NCBI GenBank assembly: GCA_007135125.1
Contig: SLJK01000053.1
Coordinates: 3,974 to 67,973, forward strand
Reading direction: 5' to 3'
Source: Syntrophomonadaceae bacterium
Lineage (GTDB): Bacteria > Bacillota > Dethiobacteria > DTU022 > UBA8154
DNA length: 64,000 nucleotides
Below the pieces are notes generated by a model that did no database searches, had not been told where the DNA came from, and was given only the letters and a program-made list of their open reading frames with translations. This document shows, piece by piece, positions 39,881 through 49,246 of this stretch (within the stretch, counting starts at the first letter, position 1; each line of letters begins with the position of its first letter). Position numbers and translations under genes: made by a program.

Positions 39881-39903
39881 TCAAACAGATCTCCTTTCGA
39901 CTC

Positions 39904-40692
39904 TCAATTTTTTATTAACAGGTGTGTAAAAAGGTAGGGATTAAGCACTTCAATATGAGTTCCCTTCATCCCCAGCGAACGAGATTCTATTACACCAGCA
40001 CTTTCAAGCTTGCGCAGGGCATTAACAATAACAGAACGGGTTATACCCGCTTGGTCAGCAATTTTGCTTGCCACCAACAACCCTCTATCGTTTTGAAGTT
40101 CATTAAAAACTTCCTCCAATGCCTCATGCTCCGAATATGAAAGTGTACTAATAGCCAACTTGCTGATTTCCTGTTGTCGTATTTCCTCTTCCGATTTTTC
40201 CGCCTTGGAACGCAGTATCTCCATACCCACTACCGTTGCACCTGTTTCGGAAAGAATAAGATCTTCGGGTTCAAAAACTTCATTAAAGCGAGCCAGCAGT
40301 AAGGTACCCAACCGCTCCCCGGCGCCTAAAATCGGTATGACAGTAACTAATTTTCCTGTAAACAAGCATTCTGCATCTTCCCAAAAAACACATCTATTAC
40401 GTTTCTGTTTAAGGTTGTCCCTCAATTCATCATCCCTTAAAAGAAACTGGTTATACTTTTCCGGGAAATACATCTTTTTTAAAACCCGATTAACCATGAT
40501 TTCACACTCGTATTCATCGACAAGAGCATATCCCATAATAATACCTGCTCTGTCCACGATATACACATTTGCCTTAATTACATCTTTGAGCACCATGGCA
40601 ATTTCCTTAAAATCAACGTACCTGCCTTCACCTTTTTGAAAAATTTTGTTAATAGAACGGGTTTTTTCCAACATTTGAGAGGCTATCATCAT
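39904..40692 (-). CDS. codY: CodY-family regulator (orphan, probable paralog)
   Basis: ASKIAD..GITRSVIVNALRKLESAGVIESRSLGMKGT winged HTH; GAF N-domain. Confidence 0.9.
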   Translation of the reverse strand: MMIASQMLEKTRSINKIFQKGEGRYVDFKEIAMVLKDVIKANVYIVDRAGIIMGYALVDEYECEIMVNRVLKKMYFPEKYNQFLLRDDELRDNLKQKRNRCVFWEDAECLFTGKLVTVIPILGAGERLGTLLLARFNEVFEPEDLILSETGATVVGMEILRSKAEKSEEEIRQQEISKLAISTLSYSEHEALEEVFNELQNDRGLLVASKIADQAGITRSVIVNALRKLESAGVIESRSLGMKGTHIEVLNPYLFTHLLIKN

Positions 40693-40740
40693 TATCGCCC
40701 TCTTTCTTATTTAAATTATTACACATTTATAACTCTCCCT

Positions 40741-41118
40741 TCAGGTCTTATCTTTGAGCCGGCTTCTGTAATCAAGTATAGCCTGGTGCAGCGCCTCTGC
40801 CCCAAGATTGGAACAGTGAACCTTGGGGTCGGGTAGCCCCCCCAGTGCCTCAAGGACATCAAGATCTTCTATTTGCATAGCTTCATCGAGGCTTTTCCCC
40901 TGTGCTAACTCAGTTAACACACTGCTTGTAGCTATAGCTGCAGGGCAACCATAAATCTGAAATTTAATGTCACAGATACGCTCTTCCTTTACTTTTATAT
41001 TGATGCACAGATAATCACCGCAGGAAGGATCACCAATGGCTCCTATACCGTCAGCATCAGCTATAGTGCCTACATTGCGGGGATTCGAAAAATGTTCTAA
41101 TACTTTCTCAGCGTACAT
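40741..41118 (-). CDS. iscU: IscU/NifU N-terminal-type Fe-S scaffold
   Basis: HFSNPRNVG, CGD, GCPAA, KVHCS. Confidence 0.88.
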   Translation of the reverse strand: MYAEKVLEHFSNPRNVGTIADADGIGAIGDPSCGDYLCINIKVKEERICDIKFQIYGCPAAIATSSVLTELAQGKSLDEAMQIEDLDVLEALGGLPDPKVHCSNLGAEALHQAILDYRSRLKDKT

Positions 41119-41164
41119 GAAACCATCCTTTCATAAATTACCGCTAATTATTTTTTTCTCCATT

Positions 41165-41298
41165 ATGTACTTATGTCCAATTAAATGTTAACCATAAAGT
41201 GTGCATATGTCAATTACTATTTTGAACTTTCTGCGCCTTTGGGGAGCGAATAGGCAGGAATATACTTGAATTAATGCTGATAATGAGAATCTTTCTCT
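41165..41298 (-). promoter_or_regulatory. Promoter with CATATG-type operators and upstream Fur-like box (copy 2)
   Basis: TTGACA-N17-TAACAT; sites at 41201-41213 and 41165-41180; identical 21-mer at 41278-41298. Confidence 0.65.
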
Positions 41299-41464
41299 GT
41301 TTATAGCCTGCTGGCAAATTAGAAAGATTTTCTTACAGCTGTTTTTATTTAAGTCAAGATCAGGTATAATGAACTAATCTGGTAGTTCTCTTGCAATCTC
41401 CACAGGAACCGGAGAAGAACAATCGTTTACTCAAATAATTCTTATATTGATGGGAGGATTTCTC

Positions 41465-42550
41465 GTGCCGTACAGAATCTTTAATTTTAATCCTGGCCCA
41501 GCCACTCTTCCGCTGGAAGTTTTGGAAGAGGCCCGAGAAGAAATGTTAAACTACCGCAACACCGGGCTTTCTATAATGGAAATGAGCCACCGCTCCCCTG
41601 AATTTGAAGAAATCATAGACTCTGCTCAGTCACTTTTCCTGGAATTGGCAGAACTCTCAACTGCATACCAGGTACTTTTTCTCCAGGGCGGAGCCAGCTT
41701 GCAATTTTCCATGATCCCCTTCAATTTTCTAACCTCTGATACCACTGCTGATTATATTATCACCGGCAGTTTTGCCAAAAAAGCCATGCAGGAGGCGGCC
41801 AAGATAGGAAACACAAACGTGGCTGCCAGTAATGATGTAACAAACTATACTACCATTCCTCGCCCTGAAGACATTACTCTAAGCCCCAACAGCGCCTATC
41901 TTCACTTTACCACTAATAATACTATATATGGCACACAATGGAATTATGTGCCGGATAGCGGCACAGTTCCCCTCATTGCTGATATGTCCAGCGATATACT
42001 CTCCCGCAAAATAGAGATGCATAGATTTGCTTTGGTTTATGCCGGTGCCCAAAAAAACCTGGGTCCTGCCGGAGTTACTGCGGTTATTATCCATAAAAGC
42101 CTGTTAGAAAAAGCCTCTGCTTCTTTACCTGCAATGCTTAGTTACAAGACTCATGCTGAAAACGGATCCCTTTTCAATACTCCCCCCTGTTTTCCTATAT
42201 ACATTGTAAAACTGGTTCTGGAATGGATTAAGAAAAAAGGCGGCCTCAGCGCTATTCAGGAAACAAATGAGCAGAAAGCTGACCTTCTTTATCAGGCCAT
42301 CGATAACAGTGGTGGTTATTATATTGGGCATGCTGCAAAAGAGGACCGTTCTATCATGAACGTAACTTTCCGGCTCCCGGAAGAGGGACTGGAAAAAACT
42401 TTTCTGGAGGAAGCCGCTGCAGAGGGGCTTAAAGGGTTAAAAGGCCACCGCTCCGTGGGTGGTATAAGAGCTTCTATCTATAACGCCATGCCTTATGAAG
42501 GCTGTGAAGCCCTTGCCCAGTTTATGAAGGAATTCCCAAAAAAACACTAG
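41465..42550 (+). CDS. serC: Phosphoserine aminotransferase
   Basis: NFNPGPA, MSHRS, LQGGAS, GAQKNLG, GHRSVGGIRAS; start moved to GTG after GGGAGG. Confidence 0.95.
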   Translation: MPYRIFNFNPGPATLPLEVLEEAREEMLNYRNTGLSIMEMSHRSPEFEEIIDSAQSLFLELAELSTAYQVLFLQGGASLQFSMIPFNFLTSDTTADYIITGSFAKKAMQEAAKIGNTNVAASNDVTNYTTIPRPEDITLSPNSAYLHFTTNNTIYGTQWNYVPDSGTVPLIADMSSDILSRKIEMHRFALVYAGAQKNLGPAGVTAVIIHKSLLEKASASLPAMLSYKTHAENGSLFNTPPCFPIYIVKLVLEWIKKKGGLSAIQETNEQKADLLYQAIDNSGGYYIGHAAKEDRSIMNVTFRLPEEGLEKTFLEEAAAEGLKGLKGHRSVGGIRASIYNAMPYEGCEALAQFMKEFPKKH

Positions 42551-42613
42551 TCAGATAAATTTGTTCACCAAAGCAGTCCTTTAAAAAATACCTTTCCTGG
42601 GGAGGTGTCCAGT

Positions 42614-43804
42614 ATTCTATCGAAAAAAGCAATGCAGATTTCTCCGTCACCTACTTTAACCATTGACAGCAAGGCAAAACAAATGAAAAGCGAAGGCAAA
42701 GACGTTATAGGCTTCGGCGCAGGCGAGCCGGATTTCGACACCCCGGAACATATTAAAGAAGCCGCTATTAGAGCCATCAGGCAGGGATTTACCAAATACA
42801 CTCCTGCGAGTGGCACCCCGGAGCTGAAACAGGCTGTTTGCCAAAAGCTATACGAAGATAATGGGCTGTTTTACGAGGCTGAGCAGGTGGTCATCAGTAA
42901 TGGTGCCAAGCACTCCCTGAACAACATATTCGCAGCTCTTTTAAATTACAAAGACGAAGTAATTATACCTGCCCCATACTGGGTCAGCTATCCCGAGCTG
43001 GTCAAACTGCACGACGGCACCCCTGTGATTGTCTCCACTCGTAAAGAAAATAACTTCAAGCTGACAGCAGAGGAATTTAAAAAAGCTCTTACCTCAAACA
43101 CAAAAGCCCTGGTCATCAACACTCCTTCCAATCCCACAGGCCAGGTCTACAAAAAAGCTGAGCTTGAAAAACTGGCAGAAGTTTGCGTGGAAAATAATAT
43201 AATAATCATTTCCGATGAAGTTTATGAACGATTGATATACGGGTCTTCCAGTCATATCTCCCCGGCCTCACTGGGAGAAGAAGCAAAGAAGTTGACTATA
43301 GTGGTCAATGGAGTTTCCAAGGCATTTTCTATGACCGGTTGGCGCATAGGATATGCGGCTTCTGAAAAAGCGATAGCTAAAGCCATGTCTGATATTCAAG
43401 GGCATGCCACCTCAAACCCCAATTCTATTGCACAGAAAGCGGCATATGCCGCTCTCGATGGGCCCGGTGATTGCGTAGAAGAAATGCGCCAGGCATTTGA
43501 AAAACGCAAAAACTTCATGTTAAGTAAAATACGAGAAATGCCTTTTATATCATGTATAAAACCAGAGGGCGCTTTTTACATTTTTTTAAACGTAACCCAG
43601 ACCTTTGGAAAACAGTTCCGTGGGAAAAAGATACAAAACGGGGAACACCTGGCAGAGCTTTTACTGGAAAATTACCGGGTAGCCCTTGTCCCCGGCAGAG
43701 GCTTCGGGGCACCGGAATATGTCCGCGTTTCCTTTGCCACCTCTATGGAAAATATCATTATTGGACTGGAACGTATTGAAGCTTTCCTTACAGAGCTAGA
43801 ATAA
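42614..43804 (+). CDS. aspB: Class I PLP aminotransferase (aspartate aminotransferase)
   Basis: GAGEPDF, NTPSNPTG, SDEVY, SKAFSMTGWRIG; start uncertain (ATT 42614 or GTG 42605). Confidence 0.85.
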   Translation: MLSKKAMQISPSPTLTIDSKAKQMKSEGKDVIGFGAGEPDFDTPEHIKEAAIRAIRQGFTKYTPASGTPELKQAVCQKLYEDNGLFYEAEQVVISNGAKHSLNNIFAALLNYKDEVIIPAPYWVSYPELVKLHDGTPVIVSTRKENNFKLTAEEFKKALTSNTKALVINTPSNPTGQVYKKAELEKLAEVCVENNIIIISDEVYERLIYGSSSHISPASLGEEAKKLTIVVNGVSKAFSMTGWRIGYAASEKAIAKAMSDIQGHATSNPNSIAQKAAYAALDGPGDCVEEMRQAFEKRKNFMLSKIREMPFISCIKPEGAFYIFLNVTQTFGKQFRGKKIQNGEHLAELLLENYRVALVPGRGFGAPEYVRVSFATSMENIIIGLERIEAFLTELE

Positions 43805-43859
43805 TACAGCTGGCGCAGCAGAAAAAAAGAGGGCACAACAGCTACTCACCAAAGTAGGT

Positions 43860-44051
43860 TTATGATTCCCTGTCACAGTAAAGCATACCATCTTCAGCCA
43901 GGTTTTCCTTTTTTATTTCTCGAATGACAATCTTGACGGCCTCCGGTTGGCAATTAACCGTTCTTACCAGGGACCTGGTTACTTCTTTAACCATCTCCCT
44001 TTTTTGTTCTATTGTCCTTCCCTCAAACATCTCGATCTGCACTATGGGCAT
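43860..44051 (-). CDS. 4-oxalocrotonate tautomerase family protein
   Basis: Catalytic Pro1 (MP), GRTIEQKR, 63 aa. Confidence 0.88.
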   Translation of the reverse strand: MPIVQIEMFEGRTIEQKREMVKEVTRSLVRTVNCQPEAVKIVIREIKKENLAEDGMLYCDRES

Positions 44052-44074
44052 GAAATAACCTCCTATCTCATTAT

Positions 44075-44773
44075 TTAAAAACCTCTTAAATCCACAGCCT
44101 TAACATATTCCAGGCATAGATAAACCGCTTCATAAATATCTTCTGGGGGAAGATATTCATGGACATTAAAAGAAGAGTCGATTAAATCTGAAGAAGATAA
44201 AAAGCGCTGCAGCACAAACCTGCGGCACCCTCCTACCGCCTGGGCAATTTTAATAATATCTTCCTTATCTAACAAATCAGGAACAAAAGTAGTACGAAAC
44301 TCGTGTTCTACCACGTTATTTTTTACAATATTGATGGTTTCTTTAAGGGCGGAGGTATCAACTCTGACACCGGTTACCAAACTATATTTTTCAAATGGTG
44401 CTTTAATATCAATAGCAATAAAGTCCAGCATTTTATCTTCCAAAAGGCGGCTTATAATACCGGGTTTCATTCCATTGGTATCCAGTTTTACACTTAAACC
44501 TAAATTTTTTATTTCTCCGATAAAAGCCGGCAAGTCTTCCTGCAAAGTCGGTTCACCACCCGAAATACAGACCCCGTCAAGGAAAGAAATTCTCTTTTGC
44601 AGAAAAGTAAGCACCTCGTCTATAGGAAAAAAGGGGAGTGTTTCAGGTTCTAACACAAGGTCTTTGTTGTAACAATACAGGCAGCGCAGATTACAGCCTC
44701 CCACAAAAATGGTACAACAAACCTTTCCCGGATAATCAATAAGGCTGGTCTTCTGCAATCCCCTGATATCCAA
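44075..44773 (-). CDS. nrdG: Anaerobic ribonucleotide reductase activating radical SAM enzyme
   Basis: GLQKTSLIDYPG, GCNLRCLYC, SGGEPTL, KLDTNG, EFRTT. Confidence 0.8.
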   Translation of the reverse strand: MDIRGLQKTSLIDYPGKVCCTIFVGGCNLRCLYCYNKDLVLEPETLPFFPIDEVLTFLQKRISFLDGVCISGGEPTLQEDLPAFIGEIKNLGLSVKLDTNGMKPGIISRLLEDKMLDFIAIDIKAPFEKYSLVTGVRVDTSALKETINIVKNNVVEHEFRTTFVPDLLDKEDIIKIAQAVGGCRRFVLQRFLSSSDLIDSSFNVHEYLPPEDIYEAVYLCLEYVKAVDLRGF

Positions 44774-44817
44774 AGAAGAGCTCTCCCTCTGTTTTTATAC
44801 TTTTTATACTTAAAGTA

Positions 44818-46506
44818 TCACTCTGCTTCTTTCTCCCAAAGTTCTGCTCTTGCAAAAGTGCGGCTTCTTTCCTTGATAACTATCAGAACCTCTTCTCCAA
44901 CCAGGCTGCCCGCGTTTTCAATATCCAGAATATAGCCATGAAGCCTTGCAATACCCCTTCCAGCATCGGTGGAGTGTGGCTCTTCTATAGTAACACGATA
45001 TATTCCGCCTTCTTCTACGGGAAGGGCATGCTTTTCCACTTCTTTTAGCTGTCCAGCCATAATTATTTTATAATTTTCCAGGTGCATACTGTCTGAACCT
45101 CTGATAAAGATAGTTTTCCCCATCTGTGTTTCCAATTTTTTTAAATATAAACCGCCTCCTCCTATAAGGAGCGCTGCTACCTCGCTATTCATCTCCACCA
45201 GCACAGCTTCAACATCTTTTTTGTTAAGTGTTTTTTTCAGTTCTCGCTCTATTTTGCTGCTTACAGCTTCAGGAGAAAGCAACTTGCCCTTGCCCTGGCA
45301 ATACGAGCAGGGCTGCTGCATAACCGAAGAAAGTCCTTGTTTAACTTTCTTGCGCGTTATTTCCACCAGGCCTAAAGAGGTAAGCCCCAGGACATTGTTT
45401 CTGGTCCTGTCTTTGCTCATCTCTTCCCGAAGTTTTTCAAGTATTTGCTGACGATGTTCATAAGTGCTCATATCAATAAAATCAGCGATAACTATTCCAC
45501 CAATATCTCTCAAACGGATCTGCCTGACAATCTCCGCTGCAGCTTCCATATTGGTTTTGAATATAGTTTCTTCCAGGTCGGTTTTACCGGTAAATTTGCC
45601 TGTATTTACGTCCACTACCGTAAGGGCTTCTGTTTCATCAAATATAAGATATCCCCCGCTTTCAAGGCGCACCATACGGCTTAATGAACGATCCAATTCT
45701 TCTTCAACCCCAAAACGTTCAAAAATAGGCTCAATATTTTTATAATAAAAGACCCTGTTCTGCAGATGTGGAGAAAGATATTCCAGTATATCATGAACCT
45801 TTAAGTACTCCCTGTGGTTATCAATAATAAACTGGCTTATTGAATCATTGAATAGATCACGAATAATTCGATATATCAATCCCATATCAGTATGAAGCAC
45901 CGTGGGAGCATCTTCTTTTTTAAGGTTCGTTTTAATCTTCTCCAGTAAGTTAAATAAAAAATCAAGATCTTTTTTCAGGCTCTCTGCATCAGCACCCTGA
46001 GCCGCGGTCCTGACTATTACCCCTACCCCCGGAGGTTTAATTCCCTCCATTTCCTGCTTTAGCCGCTCTCTTTCACCGGGGTCCTGTATTTTTTTGGAAA
46101 TTCCCACATAGTTATAGCCGGGCATAAGGACCAGGTATCTTCCGGGTAGAGTGATTTCACCCGTCAACCGCGCCCCTTTACTCCCAAATGGCTCCTTCAT
46201 AATCTGCACCATAATTTCTTCTTTGATATGCAGTAGCCTCTGTATGGGATATCTTTCCGCAGTGCCGTTGTCTCCTTTTGGTTGTGGTATGTCATCCACA
46301 AACAAAAAGGCGTTCCTATCCTCACCGATATTTACAAATGCGGCCTGCATTCCTGGCAGGACATTTTCTACTACCCCTTTATAAATATTTCCCACAAGGT
46401 GCTGCTGCAAAGGTCTTTCGATATATATTTCCATTACCCTGCCGTCTTCCAGCAGGGCCACCCTCGTCTCCTTCTGGTTGTAATTTACAACAATTTTTCT
46501 CTCCAT
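44818..46506 (-). CDS. rng: Ribonuclease E/G family with C-terminal TRAM-like domain
   Basis: GNIYKG..ENVLPGMQAAFV, VDVNTG, DIGGIVIADFIDM, CSYCQGKG. Confidence 0.88.
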   Translation of the reverse strand: MERKIVVNYNQKETRVALLEDGRVMEIYIERPLQQHLVGNIYKGVVENVLPGMQAAFVNIGEDRNAFLFVDDIPQPKGDNGTAERYPIQRLLHIKEEIMVQIMKEPFGSKGARLTGEITLPGRYLVLMPGYNYVGISKKIQDPGERERLKQEMEGIKPPGVGVIVRTAAQGADAESLKKDLDFLFNLLEKIKTNLKKEDAPTVLHTDMGLIYRIIRDLFNDSISQFIIDNHREYLKVHDILEYLSPHLQNRVFYYKNIEPIFERFGVEEELDRSLSRMVRLESGGYLIFDETEALTVVDVNTGKFTGKTDLEETIFKTNMEAAAEIVRQIRLRDIGGIVIADFIDMSTYEHRQQILEKLREEMSKDRTRNNVLGLTSLGLVEITRKKVKQGLSSVMQQPCSYCQGKGKLLSPEAVSSKIERELKKTLNKKDVEAVLVEMNSEVAALLIGGGGLYLKKLETQMGKTIFIRGSDSMHLENYKIIMAGQLKEVEKHALPVEEGGIYRVTIEEPHSTDAGRGIARLHGYILDIENAGSLVGEEVLIVIKERSRTFARAELWEKEAE

Positions 46507-47204
46507 GCTTTTACCTCGTTAATATTATTATAAGCAGCCCCGCCCGGAGTTAACAGTTTTTCCCCAACTCTAAAAAACAAGGACTCCCTGGTAAGTATAG
46601 TCCCCTTTCTTAGTTCCGGAAGCTGCAAAAGCTCCAGTATCTCTTCAGGTCTGGCTCCCCCGCTGCTGCCAGTAACCAGAAGCATGAATAGGTTTCTGGA
46701 GCCACCAATTTCTTCTTCCCATAAATCTAAAATGAAAGGTCTGATATCAACCTGTTTTTTGCCCTTTTTGTGCTGTCGTTCTTTGGGCAATTGCTCAGCA
46801 GAAAGCAGGTTGCCAATATTCTGCTGCAAAGAACCGGGATCCATCTCAAGCCTCGCCCGGTAGAGCGCAGCCCCAATAAGCGCTGAAATAGCCGGTTCTT
46901 CCAGGCTTATACTGCAAATATTTTTAACAATCAAGCCCATCGGTAACTGCTTATTAATCCTTTTTTCCAGCAACTCCATTTGCATTTGACGGGTTAAAAA
47001 AAGGTCCAGGTACTCATTTATCCCCTCTATTCCTATCCCCAACGGGGCAGCAAAAACAACCCGGGGCTGGGGACTAAACCCCTGGCTGTAGGCCAGAGGA
47101 ATCTTGGCCCTCCGCAAGGCCCGCAAAAAAGTGCGCTGCAGATCCAGATGAGATATATATTTCAACATACCAGACTTAGCAAAGCATACTCTAAAGCGCT
47201 CCAT
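46485..47204 (-). CDS. Radical SAM-linked protein (DUF2344/TIGR03936-like)
   Basis: YISHLD, YSQGFSP.P, VDIRP. Confidence 0.85.
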   Translation of the reverse strand: MERFRVCFAKSGMLKYISHLDLQRTFLRALRRAKIPLAYSQGFSPQPRVVFAAPLGIGIEGINEYLDLFLTRQMQMELLEKRINKQLPMGLIVKNICSISLEEPAISALIGAALYRARLEMDPGSLQQNIGNLLSAEQLPKERQHKKGKKQVDIRPFILDLWEEEIGGSRNLFMLLVTGSSGGARPEEILELLQLPELRKGTILTRESLFFRVGEKLLTPGGAAYNNINEVKAWREKLL

Positions 47205-49066
47205 TAGATCTGTTCACCTTTACCGTTTTGCTTTGAACAAGCTTCCAAGCCACAGCCGGCACAGTTTCCCCAGCGGCAATCTCCAGTTGTTATGCCTTCA
47301 ACAGCTCTCTGGTGTTCTCTAATCAAAAAATCTTTGCATACTCCGGTGCTAATATGATCCCAGGGAAGGGGGTCATCATAAGATGGGCTGTGCAATGCAT
47401 AAGACTCGCCCTTTATACCCACCGCTTGAAAAGCTTGCATCCAGGCAGAAAAAGAAAACATATCGCTCCAGGCATCCATCCGACAACCCTTAGTGAACGC
47501 TTTCTCCAGAACTGCGGCCAGTTTCCTGTCACCACGTGCAAAGACCGCTTCTATAAAACTGTTTTCTGCATTATGCCATGTAAAATCCACCCCTTTCATT
47601 TTTTGAAACCGCTCTCGTAAAAATAATTGCCGTCGCTTTACTTCCGGAATATTAAGTTGTTGTTCCCACTGAAAAGGCGTATGGGGCTTAGGCACAAAAT
47701 TGGAGACGCTTACACTGACTCTGGATTTATTGCCCCTGCCTCCACTTTTGGGGGGCGTAAAAGAGCTGATTTTTTGCACCAGTTTCACCATTTCCCGCAG
47801 GTCATCATATGTTTCCGTCGGAAGCCCTATCATAAAATAAAGCTTAATATGACCTCTACCTGTCCTAAAAGCATCCCTGGAAGCTTCCAAGATTTCCTCT
47901 TCGGTAATATTCTTATTGATCACGTCCCGTAACCGCTGTGAGCCTGCTTCAGGGGCAAAAGTGATTCCGCTTGCTTTATTCTTTTGGATCCTCTCCATCA
48001 ATTTTACCCCGAAAGGATCTGCCCTGAGAGATGGAAGGGAAAGTCTTATATTCTCATCTAACTCAGCTTCCAACTTTTCCAGCAGCTCTTCAATATATGG
48101 ATAATCACTGCTGCTAAGAGATGAAAGAGAAATTTCTTCCAATCCCGTCTGGTTTATAATATCTTTAGCTTGTTGAGATAACTTGGATACAGTCCGCTCC
48201 CTTACCGGCCTATAGATAATTCCGGCCTGGCAGAAGCGGCACCCCTGAGAACAGCCCCGAAAGAGCTCCAGGGTAGCCCTGTCATGTACTACTTCCATAA
48301 AAGGCACAATGAATGAACAGGGATAAGGGGCCTCCTCCAGGTTCAGCACTGTTCTCTTCTCGACAGGCAGGGAAGCCTCCTCTGCAAGAGGATTGATTCC
48401 CGCAAATTTGTCTTCCCGGTAAAAAGGTTCATAAAATGAAGGCACGTAGACTCCTGTCACTCCGGCCACTTTTTTTAAAAAATCATCTCTTCCCTTTGCG
48501 CTGCTTTCTGCTTTCCACTCTTTGTAAAGCTTCAGAATTTCCGGCAAAACCTCTTCCCCATCACCAACCACAAAAAAATCGAAAAACGGAGCCAGGGGCT
48601 CCGGATTAAATGCTAGCGGACCTCCTCCCAGCACAAAAGGCACTTTTACCCCTCTATCGGCACTGCGCAAAGGAATACCACCCAAAGCCAACATAGTCAA
48701 AATGCTGGTGTAAGCAAGCTCATACTGCAGCGTAAAACCCACCATATCAAAATCCTGTAGGGAAGTTCCGCTTTCCAAGCTAAACAGCATCTTATTTTCT
48801 TTTTGAAGCACCTCTTCCATATCAGGTGCTGGAGCAAAAACCCTTTCGGCATAAACACCTTCTACAGCATTAGCAACACTGTATAATATTTTCAATCCCA
48901 GGTGAGACATTGCTACTTCGTATAAATCAGGAAAGGCTAGTGCCAAATGCACCTGGAACTGGTCGGGTTCTTTATGCACAGCATTTATTTCTATTCCCAG
49001 GTAGCGGGCAGGCTTGTTTACTCTTAATAATAGTTGCGGGGACTGTAATGATGGCAAAATATTCAA
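47204..49066 (-). CDS. B12-binding-type radical SAM protein (TIGR03960-like)
   Basis: KPARY.G.E.N, FPDLYEVAMSHLG, RGCSQGCRFCQAG, PKPHTPFQW. Confidence 0.88.
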   Translation of the reverse strand: MNILPSLQSPQLLLRVNKPARYLGIEINAVHKEPDQFQVHLALAFPDLYEVAMSHLGLKILYSVANAVEGVYAERVFAPAPDMEEVLQKENKMLFSLESGTSLQDFDMVGFTLQYELAYTSILTMLALGGIPLRSADRGVKVPFVLGGGPLAFNPEPLAPFFDFFVVGDGEEVLPEILKLYKEWKAESSAKGRDDFLKKVAGVTGVYVPSFYEPFYREDKFAGINPLAEEASLPVEKRTVLNLEEAPYPCSFIVPFMEVVHDRATLELFRGCSQGCRFCQAGIIYRPVRERTVSKLSQQAKDIINQTGLEEISLSSLSSSDYPYIEELLEKLEAELDENIRLSLPSLRADPFGVKLMERIQKNKASGITFAPEAGSQRLRDVINKNITEEEILEASRDAFRTGRGHIKLYFMIGLPTETYDDLREMVKLVQKISSFTPPKSGGRGNKSRVSVSVSNFVPKPHTPFQWEQQLNIPEVKRRQLFLRERFQKMKGVDFTWHNAENSFIEAVFARGDRKLAAVLEKAFTKGCRMDAWSDMFSFSAWMQAFQAVGIKGESYALHSPSYDDPLPWDHISTGVCKDFLIREHQRAVEGITTGDCRWGNCAGCGLEACSKQNGKGEQI

Positions 49067-49246
49067 CTCTTTCTAGTTATATTATTATCAACCTGATTTT
49101 GTACAATATTTCTCCGGACAATAGAAAAACCCTTTCAGTATTTCTTTGCTTAAAAAACCCGGCACCGCAATTGGAAACCATTGTCAGGGAAAAAGCGCCG
49201 CTTATTAGTGGAAAGTAATATTTTTAAGTGTCTAAGCATTGTTTGT

